From: Candidatus Spongiisociaceae bacterium
GTDB lineage: Bacteria > Actinomycetota > Acidimicrobiia > Spongiisociales > Spongiisociaceae
Direction of reading: 5' to 3'
Assembly (NCBI GenBank): GCA_965262915.1
Contig: OZ253564.1
Coordinates: forward strand, 832,001-896,000
Length of the DNA: 64,000 bases
The notes beneath the pieces are model-generated. The model was not told the origin of the DNA and did not search any database. It saw nothing but the letters and a program-made list of their open reading frames with translations. Positions 56,486 to 64,000 of the stretch are shown piece after piece. Every line of letters starts with the position of its first letter. Within the stretch, counting starts at the first letter, position 1. The translations under genes were made by a program, and so were the position numbers.

Positions 56486-57538
56486 GTGACGGTATCGGGT
56501 GAGCAGGGAGCGCCGGCCGGCCTGGATCCGGTCGGCGGTGCCGTCACACGGAGCAAACGATGGCGATGGTTGCGTAGCTACCCGACCCGGCGGATCGTGC
56601 AGGCGGTCGTCACGCTTTTCGTGGTGGCCACGTTCAACTTCTGGCTCTTCCGGCTCCTCCCGGGCGACCCGGCCCGGTTGATCGCCCGGGAAAGCCGGCT
56701 CAGCCCGGAGGCCTTCGAGCAGCTCCGCGAGTCGTTCGGCCTGAACGAGCCGCTCTGGCAACAGTATCTGATCTACCTGACCAAGATCTACCGGTTCGAC
56801 ACGGGTATCTCGTTCAAGGCCCGCCAGCCGGTGACCGATCTGCTCTGGCCGGCTCTCACCAACACGCTGATCCTCACCGGCGCCGCCGTGGTGCTGATAT
56901 TCGTGTTCGGGTTGGCCTTCGGCATCGTCGCCGGCTGGCGGCGAGGGACCCGTACCGACACCACCCTCACGCTGACCGCCCTTACGCTTTGGAGCCTTCC
57001 CACCTTTTGGGTGGGCCTGATACTGGTGTTGCTGTTCAGTATCACCCTCGACTTGCTCCCGGTAGCGGGGATACGGTCGGTGGCGGCCATCTACCGAACT
57101 CCCTTTGCGGAGACCCGCGATGTACTGGAGCACTTGATCCTGCCCGCGGCCACGATCGCCATCGTGAGCATCGGTTCGATAGCTCTGATCATGCGCAACT
57201 CGCTGGCCGACGTGGCGGACGAGGACTACATGCTGGCGGCGAGGTCCAGAGGTCTGCGGCCCCGGACAGTCCTGTGGCGCTACGGGGTCCGGAACGCCTT
57301 CCTGCCCACCTTCACGCTGATGGCTCTGACCCTGGGGTTGCTGATGGCGGGGACCATCCAGACCGAGGTGGTCTTTTCCTGGCCGGGGCTCGGGCTGCTG
57401 ATGTACGAGGCGGTCCAGGATCGGGACCTTCCGGTTCTGGAAGCAGCATTCTTCGTCATAGCCATCATCGTGGTGCTGGCGACGTTGATCGCCGATCTGT
57501 TCTACTCCCGCCTCGACCCGCGGATACGGTCTTCATGA
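56486..57538 (+). CDS. ABC permease (DppB/OppB-like)
   Basis: LPGDPA, FGLNEPLWQQY, HLILP, ARSRGL, EVVFSWPGLG, RD.PV, LDPRI. Confidence 0.93.
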   Translation: MTVSGEQGAPAGLDPVGGAVTRSKRWRWLRSYPTRRIVQAVVTLFVVATFNFWLFRLLPGDPARLIARESRLSPEAFEQLRESFGLNEPLWQQYLIYLTKIYRFDTGISFKARQPVTDLLWPALTNTLILTGAAVVLIFVFGLAFGIVAGWRRGTRTDTTLTLTALTLWSLPTFWVGLILVLLFSITLDLLPVAGIRSVAAIYRTPFAETRDVLEHLILPAATIAIVSIGSIALIMRNSLADVADEDYMLAARSRGLRPRTVLWRYGVRNAFLPTFTLMALTLGLLMAGTIQTEVVFSWPGLGLLMYEAVQDRDLPVLEAAFFVIAIIVVLATLIADLFYSRLDPRIRSS

Positions 57539-58437
57539 GCGTTCCCGACACCACTCCGCCGACCGATCGGGCGAGCGATCAGACCGGCCGCGACTCGGGC
57601 GGGGTACTGGCAGAACTTTGGCGGATCGGCCGGGGACGGATCGGTCTGATACTCCTGGCCGTATTCCTGGTGTACGGTGTGACGGGGTTCTTCGCCTACG
57701 AAAACCCGCCCGCGGCCGGCCAGACAGTCGAGGACCGCTTCCGGGCGCCATCGGTGGATTACCTTCTGGGAACCGACAACCTGGGCCGCTCGGTCTGGGA
57801 ACAACTGGCGGTCGGGGCGGGGATCTCACTCGCGGTCGGGGTGGCGGCCACCGCCATCGCGGTGCTGATCGGCGGCGTCGTGGGGATAACCAGCGGCTAC
57901 ACGGGGGGTCGCATCGACCAAGTCGCCATGGGTGTTACGGACATGTTCATCACGATCCCCGCCCTGCCTCTGATAATCGTCCTGGCCGCGGTGCTGTCCA
58001 GGGGTCTTCCCACCATCATCGTGGTGATCGGGTTGACCAGCTGGGCGGTTCCGGCCCGCCTCATCCGCGCCGAGGTGCTGAGCCAGCGGGAGCGGACCTT
58101 TATCCTGCGAGCAAAAGCGATCGGGATGGGCCCGCTGCACATCATGTGGACCCACGTCCTCCCCAACGTGGCCGGGATCGTTCTCGCCAACGCCATCCTG
58201 CTGACTGCGGCCGCCATTCTCACCGAGGCGGTGCTGGCCTTTCTCGGCTTGGGCGACCCGTCGCTGATCTCGTGGGGGAAGATGCTCCAGAACGCCTTCA
58301 GTTCGGGTGCCACATCCCTCGGCTACTGGTGGGTGCTGATCCCGCCCGGCGTCCTGATCACGCTGCTGGTCCTGTCCTTCACGCTGATCGGGAACGCCTT
58401 GACTGATGTCATCGATCCGCGCCGCCGCGCCGAGTAG
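57535..58437 (+). CDS. ABC permease (DppC/OppC-like)
   Basis: LGTDNLGR, SGYTGG, HVLPN, LAFLGLG, SWGKML; ATGA overlap with the preceding gene. Confidence 0.93.
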   Translation: MSVPDTTPPTDRASDQTGRDSGGVLAELWRIGRGRIGLILLAVFLVYGVTGFFAYENPPAAGQTVEDRFRAPSVDYLLGTDNLGRSVWEQLAVGAGISLAVGVAATAIAVLIGGVVGITSGYTGGRIDQVAMGVTDMFITIPALPLIIVLAAVLSRGLPTIIVVIGLTSWAVPARLIRAEVLSQRERTFILRAKAIGMGPLHIMWTHVLPNVAGIVLANAILLTAAAILTEAVLAFLGLGDPSLISWGKMLQNAFSSGATSLGYWWVLIPPGVLITLLVLSFTLIGNALTDVIDPRRRAE

Positions 58438-58443
58438 GTGCCG

Positions 58444-59418
58444 ATGGCCTTCCTGAGTGTGAGCAATCTCTCGGTCGAGTACCGGAGGGCCGGGCGGACC
58501 ATCCGGGCGGCTGACGAGGTGAGCTTCGAGATCGAGACCGGCACAGTAGTGGGCTTGGTTGGGGAGAGCGGCTCGGGCAAATCGACCCTGGCATTGGCCA
58601 TGATGGGACTGTTGCCTCACAACGGGCAGGTCACCGGCGGCTCGATCCGCTTCGATGGGGCTGAACTGACCGGGTTGGACGAGTCCGGATGGCGCAGGGT
58701 ACGGGGCCGCCGCATGGGCATGGTCTTCCAAGGCGCGATGAACTCCCTGAACCCGGTCCGAAGGATCCTCGACCAGGTGGCGGAGCCGATCCTCACCCAC
58801 GAGCCCGACATCACCAAGGTGGACGCCGCGGAGCGCGCTCACGAGTTGCTCTCGTTGGTCGGGATCCCCACCGACCGCCATCGGGCGTACCCCTACGAAT
58901 ACTCGGGAGGAATGCGCCAGCGGGCCGGAATCGCCATGGCCCTGAGCGGTCGACCGGCGGTCCTGATCGCCGACGAGCCGGTCACCGCCCTCGACGTGAT
59001 CGTCCAGGCCCGGATTCTGCAGTTGCTCGAGAACCTGCAGGAGGTCTTCAACCTTACGATACTGTTCATCACCCACGACCTCGGGGTGGTGGCCCGGCTG
59101 TGCGACCGGGTGGTGGTGCTGTACGCGGCGAGGGCGGTGGAGGAAGGGACGGTGGAGGAGATCTACGGCCACCCCAAGCATCCGTACACGCGGGCGTTGC
59201 TCGAGTCGGTTCCCAACTTCGCAAGAGGGCGGGGCAAGGCGCAGGGTATTCCGGGAACGCCCCCGTCGCTGGTGAACCCGCCTCCCGGCTGCCGCTTCCA
59301 CCCGCGGTGTCCCGAGGCCATGGAGATCTGCAGGACGCAGTCGCCCGGGTGGTCCCGCTTTACCGCCACCCAGGTCGCAACCTGCCACCTGTACGGCGAG
59401 GGAAGTGCCGATGCGTGA
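58444..59418 (+). CDS. ABC ATP-binding subunit (DppD/OppD-like)
   Basis: GESGSGKS, YSGGMRQR, IADEP, HPYT, GCRFHPRC. Confidence 0.94.
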   Translation: MAFLSVSNLSVEYRRAGRTIRAADEVSFEIETGTVVGLVGESGSGKSTLALAMMGLLPHNGQVTGGSIRFDGAELTGLDESGWRRVRGRRMGMVFQGAMNSLNPVRRILDQVAEPILTHEPDITKVDAAERAHELLSLVGIPTDRHRAYPYEYSGGMRQRAGIAMALSGRPAVLIADEPVTALDVIVQARILQLLENLQEVFNLTILFITHDLGVVARLCDRVVVLYAARAVEEGTVEEIYGHPKHPYTRALLESVPNFARGRGKAQGIPGTPPSLVNPPPGCRFHPRCPEAMEICRTQSPGWSRFTATQVATCHLYGEGSADA

Positions 59419-60439
59419 CGTTACGGCCGCATCGCCCTTCGTCACGGTCCGCGACCTCAACGTGCACTTCAGACGTTCGCGCAGGGTCGGCGACGCGGTG
59501 CGGGCCGTCGACGGGGTCGACCTCGACATCCTCGCGGGGGAGACGCTGTGCATTGTGGGCGAGTCGGGTTCGGGGAAGACGACCCTGGTCAGGGCGATCG
59601 GCCATCTGGCGCCCATCACCTCGGGTTCGGTCCGTTTCGGCGATGTCGACGTGGCACACCTCCCCAGGACCGAACTGCGTGCCATGCGCCGCCGGGTGCA
59701 GTACGTGTTCCAGGATCCGTTCGAGTCGTTCGACCGGCGCCAGTCGATCTTCTCGATCGTTGCGCAGCCCCTGCGGGTCCACAAGTTGGCAACCACCCGT
59801 GACGAACTCGAGACCAGAGTTCACGAGGCCTTGGAGGAGTGCGGGCTGGAACCGGCCGGCGAGTTCGCAAGGCTCTATCCCCACCAGTTGTCGGGAGGCC
59901 AGAGGCAGAGGGTCTCGATCGCGGCCGCGATCGTTCTGCGACCTGAGTTGCTGATTGCCGACGAGCCGGTCTCGATGCTCGACGTGTCGGTGCGATCCGA
60001 CATCCTCTCCCTGTTCGTGAGGCTCAAGGAGAGCCACCAGATGACTTTGCTGTTCGTCACCCACGACCTGTCCGTGGCGTGGGAGGTCGCCGATCGCATC
60101 GCGGTCATGTACCTCGGCAAGGTGGTAGAGGAAGGCTCAGCCGACCAGGTGATCGGGCGGCCCGCCAACCCCTACACCCACGCGCTGGTCACCGCCATCC
60201 CAGTGCCCGACCCCCACGACGTGGTGCCTGACTTGGGAGTCAAAGGTGATATCGGAGACATCGTCGGTATTCCGGCCGGGTGCCGTTTCCATCCCCGCTG
60301 TCCCTACGCGATAGAAGGCTGTTCCGGGGCGATCCCGCCTCTCAGCAGGGTTGGGAAAGGGCACCGCAGCGCCTGCATCCGCAACGACGAACTGGATCTG
60401 CAACCTCCCCACCAGTTCGCCGCCGGTTCGGTGAGCTGA
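59411..60439 (+). CDS. ABC ATP-binding subunit (DppF/OppF-like)
   Basis: GESGSGKT, LSGGQRQR, ADEPVSMLD, GCRFHPRC. Confidence 0.94.
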   Translation: MRDVTAASPFVTVRDLNVHFRRSRRVGDAVRAVDGVDLDILAGETLCIVGESGSGKTTLVRAIGHLAPITSGSVRFGDVDVAHLPRTELRAMRRRVQYVFQDPFESFDRRQSIFSIVAQPLRVHKLATTRDELETRVHEALEECGLEPAGEFARLYPHQLSGGQRQRVSIAAAIVLRPELLIADEPVSMLDVSVRSDILSLFVRLKESHQMTLLFVTHDLSVAWEVADRIAVMYLGKVVEEGSADQVIGRPANPYTHALVTAIPVPDPHDVVPDLGVKGDIGDIVGIPAGCRFHPRCPYAIEGCSGAIPPLSRVGKGHRSACIRNDELDLQPPHQFAAGSVS

Positions 60440-60447
60440 CCGGAGTC

Positions 60448-61623
60448 ATGAGTTACGACGCCATCGTCATCGGGGCCGGCCTACCAGGCCTTCTGGCCGC
60501 GTGGCGCCTCGCCCGGGCTGGGCTCCGGGTGGTGGTGCTCGAACGGCGGGTGGTAGCGGCCGAGTCGAGCGCCTTGGCGGCCGGCCATGTGCCCCAGGAG
60601 TCGACCTCCCCCGTGAACCTGGCCGTGCTCCGGCGGACCCGTGCCATCGTCGATCAACTGGACCGTGTCACCGGGGGCGTGGTCTCGTTCCGTGAGGTCG
60701 GGGGGATCCAGATGGCCACCGGCCCGACCGGTGCGTCGATCCTCACCCGCCGCTCGCGAGCCGCGGGCCGCCTAGGGGCGGCAGGGGAACTCCTCGAACC
60801 GGCCGATGTGGCGACCCGCTGGCCTCAGTTGGCCACCCGGGACTTGGCGGCCGCGTATCACACCACCGGGGATGGGTTCGTGCGCTCTCAGCACCTGACG
60901 GTCGTGCTGGCCGCCATGGCACGCCAGGCCGGGGCCGACATCTGGGAAGGGTGCCCGGCAGAGAACGTCCGGATCGGGGACGGCCAGGTCGAAGGTGTAC
61001 AGGTGGCCGGTGCTGTGGTAACGGCACGTCGGGTGCTGGTAGCCGCCGGGGCATGGTCGACCCCCCTGTTGGCCCGAAGCGGGCTGCATCTGCCCACCAA
61101 GACCTTCGTTCTGGGTATCGTGATCCTGACCGGAGTCGAGACGACCCTCCCCTTCTTCTCAGAGGTGGAGGCGGGTTATTACGCCATGCGGCGTGGCCCG
61201 GAGTCTCTTCTCGTAGGCCTTCCCCCCACCGATATCGGCGGGAACCCTGATGGATTCGCACGCCTGCCGGAACCGGCACAGCGTGACCGTACCGTGCGTG
61301 ATATACGACGGCGGGTGCCCTCTCTCCGCAACGCTCCGGTGGCTACCGGTTGGTCCGGGGTACTGGTCGCCACTCCGGACGCTTGGCCGCTGTTGGGGCG
61401 CTTCGGTCCTCCGGGCCTGTTCGTGGCGACCGGCTTCGGTGGCGGAGGCGTCCAGAGGGTTGCTGCTGCCGAGGGGGTGGCACAGATCATGCTGGACGAG
61501 GAGCCCTTCTACGACATCCGGGCCCAGGAGGCTTCCCGATACGACGGCTACGACGGAAAGCCCTTCGAGTTCCGGGAAGGTCCCTTCTACTACGGGGAGA
61601 CATCCGGTACCCAGCTCTGGTGA
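60448..61623 (+). CDS. FAD-dependent oxidoreductase (DAO/sarcosine oxidase beta-like)
   Basis: IVIGAGLPG, SSALAAG, AAGAWS, TPDAWPLLG, ATGFGG. Confidence 0.9.
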   Translation: MSYDAIVIGAGLPGLLAAWRLARAGLRVVVLERRVVAAESSALAAGHVPQESTSPVNLAVLRRTRAIVDQLDRVTGGVVSFREVGGIQMATGPTGASILTRRSRAAGRLGAAGELLEPADVATRWPQLATRDLAAAYHTTGDGFVRSQHLTVVLAAMARQAGADIWEGCPAENVRIGDGQVEGVQVAGAVVTARRVLVAAGAWSTPLLARSGLHLPTKTFVLGIVILTGVETTLPFFSEVEAGYYAMRRGPESLLVGLPPTDIGGNPDGFARLPEPAQRDRTVRDIRRRVPSLRNAPVATGWSGVLVATPDAWPLLGRFGPPGLFVATGFGGGGVQRVAAAEGVAQIMLDEEPFYDIRAQEASRYDGYDGKPFEFREGPFYYGETSGTQLW

Positions 61624-61881
61624 GGGGGAAACGTGTGGTGCCTGACGTTTTCACACGACCGAGCGAACCCAGCGGCTCCGAAATCGCGAGAACGACCCGA
61701 CCGTCCCGCCGGGGACCACGTTGGTAGTGTGCCCAGAGTTACCGGCAACCCGCGAACTGACGTAGGCAGCCGGTAGCAACTCCGGCCGTCCGGCTGTTCA
61801 CCACCGTTACGTAATCGTAACGGCAACCCTTTGACCGAAACGAAATAGCCGCTTTCCGTTAGGGCTGGATTGAATCCGGGT

Positions 61882-62920
61882 ATGGATGCTTCCAGATACG
61901 CAGCTACGAGGTTCGGTCGGGCCAAGCGGACGCTGGGCCCCCACGGCTACGTAGCGTACTTTCCGGAGAATCTGCCTCGTTCGCTGGAGTTGTCCGCCGA
62001 GAGCATCATGCTGACTGCTGAGGCGGCGCTGGGTCGTCTGGCCGGGGTGGGGCGGCTGCTGGCGAATCCCCAATTGCTCATCTATCCCTATCTCAGGCGG
62101 GAGGCGGTGGCATCGACGCGTATCGAGGGAACCCAGGCTTCGCTGAGTGATGTCTTCGACGCCGAGGCAAGCGAGCGACCGCTCACGCCCGATGTCGAGG
62201 AGGTTGTGAACTACGTCCGAGCGTTGCAGTTGGGTATAGACCGTCTCCCGGTTCTTCCGTTGAGTACCCGCCTGATCTGCGAGATGCACGCGGTGATTCT
62301 GTCGGGGGTACGCGGCTCGGGGAGCTCGCCAGGGGAGATCCGACGGTCTCAGAACTGGGTGGGGGCACCCGGCGCCACGATCGAGAAGGCTCTGTTCGTG
62401 CCACCACCACCGGATGCACTAAACGATTTGTTCTCCGATCTCGAGCGGTTCATCCATGAGCCTCCCCTGCTCCCTCCACTGGTGCAGGCGGCCCTGTTGC
62501 ACTTTTTGAGATTCATCGCCAGGCCTACTACGACACCCTGCAAGGCGTGCGTGAAAGGGGTGACTTCGAGTCGTGGCTCAAGTTTTTCCTGAGAGGAGTG
62601 GAAACCCAGACCACCGACGCGATCAACCGCTCGGAGGGTCTCATGGACCTACGCGAACAGTACCGGGCCAGGGTGCAGGCCGAGACCCGTGGAGCGGCCA
62701 ACGCGCTAGTGGACATCGCGTTCCAGCGCCCGTTCCTCGACACACGCATGGTGGAACCGAACTCGGCGTGAGCAAACCTGCCGCGCTGCGTGCCCTGCGT
62801 CTTCTCGAGGAACTCGACGTTCTCGATTCTGTTCCCGAGGGCCCCGGCGGCCAACTCCGTTGGCTCGCTACCGAGGTATTCGAACTCCTTACCAACGAAT
62901 CTGAATCGGCTGCTTCGTAG
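61882..62920 (+). pseudogene. Fic family pseudogene (catalytic loop deleted, two frameshifts)
   Basis: N-terminal EAVASTRIEGTQ and PGEIRRSQNWVG are intact. After QAALLH (~62503) the frame jumps to RQAYYDTLQGVR...WLKFFL with no HPFxDGNGR. A second shift at ~62757 precedes the HTH LGVSKPAA. Confidence 0.85.
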
Positions 62921-63093
62921 CTCTCGCTGGATCGCAGCCCTGTGAGGCGAACCCTTCCCTTCTGGCTTGATCCTGATCGCCTGTCGCCTGGGTCGGACGT
63001 CGCCGGCCACTTTCGGCGGTGGTGCTCCATCGAGATGGATGCGGCGGCCCGGTAACCTCATGGATCAGCGAGGGTCTAGCAAGGACTGAGGAG

Positions 63094-64000
63094 ATGGGTG
63101 TGGGAACAGAGACCAAGGCGGTAGCGCAGGCGGTGATCGAGCGGGCCCGGGGCGAGCTCCTCGCTCTGAGCCACACTATTCATGGCTACTCGGAGACAGC
63201 GTTCGAAGAGGTGAGGTCGGCGGCTTCCGTGGCTGATTCTCTGGACCGGGCAGGATTTGCCGTGGAGATGGGCTACGGGGGTATTCCGACGGCGGTCCGG
63301 GCGGTTACGGGGAGCGGTCCGCTTCGGGTCGTGATCTGTGCCGAGTACGACGCCCTACCCGGGATCGGTCACGCATGTGGCCACAACGTGATCTCCGCGT
63401 CGGCGGTGGGCGCCGGGCTCGGATTGGCTGAAGTAGCGGACGACATAGGTCTGGAAGTCACGATCCTGGGTACCCCGGCCGAGGAGGCGGGTGGAGGCAA
63501 GGTTTTGCTGCTGGAAGCCGGTGCGTTTGATTCTGCGCATCTGGCCATGATGGTTCACCCCGCTCCCTTCGATGTGGCTGCGCCGCCGGTGGTGGCCATC
63601 GAGTGGTTGGAGGTTTCGTACAGGGGCAAGGAAGCCCACGCCTCCGCCTTCCCGGAACAGGGGATCAATGCCGCCGACGCGCTGGTGGTTGCACAGGTTG
63701 CGATCGGGCTCCTCCGCCAGCACCTGAACGGGACCGACCGGGTCCACGGAATCGTGACCGAGGCTGGAACAGCCGCCAACATAATCCCAGCTCGGGGAGA
63801 AGCCTCATACATGGTCCGGACACCTCACATCGACCAGCTAGACGCGCTACGCACCCGCGTGGAGGCCTGTTTCGAGGCGGGCGCGCTGGCAACCGGGGCG
63901 GAGCTCACCCTCAACAGGCCGAACCCGCCATACAGCCACCTTGATCACCACAAGGAACTTGCCGGGCGGTACCGGCGCAACGCCGAGCGCCTGGGAAGAT
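63094..64000 (+). CDS. M20 family amidohydrolase/peptidase (runs off the window end)
   Basis: Not in the ORF track. Manual translation gives SD GAGGAG, LSHTIH..ETAFEE, ICAEYDALPGIGHACGHN, GTPAEEAGGGK, MMVHP, GKEAHAS. Confidence 0.9.
   Translation, partial: MGVGTETKAVAQAVIERARGELLALSHTIHGYSETAFEEVRSAASVADSLDRAGFAVEMGYGGIPTAVRAVTGSGPLRVVICAEYDALPGIGHACGHNVISASAVGAGLGLAEVADDIGLEVTILGTPAEEAGGGKVLLLEAGAFDSAHLAMMVHPAPFDVAAPPVVAIEWLEVSYRGKEAHASAFPEQGINAADALVVAQVAIGLLRQHLNGTDRVHGIVTEAGTAANIIPARGEASYMVRTPHIDQLDALRTRVEACFEAGALATGAELTLNRPNPPYSHLDHHKELAGRYRRNAERLGR

Noticed and set aside
61684-61716. Third copy of the 203-bp element
   Set aside because: Only about 20 nt of loose similarity (CGCGAGAACGACCCGACCG); could be chance.

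Overview
High-GC (about two-thirds G+C) bacterial DNA. Gene content and the many near-leaderless starts point to Actinomycetota, possibly Acidimicrobiia-like (inference only). About 55 genes, mostly substrate-unknown catabolic enzymes: five phosphotriesterase-homology (PHP/PTER-like) amidohydrolases, six PLP enzymes, two CocE/NonD hydrolases, a P450, SDRs, a DMF-amidase large subunit, an E1alpha/E1beta/lipoyl cluster, a xanthine-dehydrogenase-family Mo enzyme and a peptide-type ABC transporter. Between them lie VapBC, RelBE, NYN, Schlafen/AlbA_2-ATPase, ABC-ATPase/TOPRIM and Fic genes. I saw no rRNA, tRNA, CRISPR array, intact transposase or dedicated transcription regulator. Most notable: (1) a secreted 5'-nucleotidase-LysM-M16 peptidase fusion; (2) a 2-hydroxyacid dehydrogenase fused to a DUF3320-like domain, divergent from an OLD-like ATPase/TOPRIM gene; (3) a 203-bp promoter-bearing non-coding element present twice, once inside a stack of three different MITEs joined at CTAG sites; (4) strand-polarised heptamer arrays starting at stop codons; (5) an NYN nuclease behind a hairpin leader. 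All family assignments come from motifs read by eye, not from database searches.
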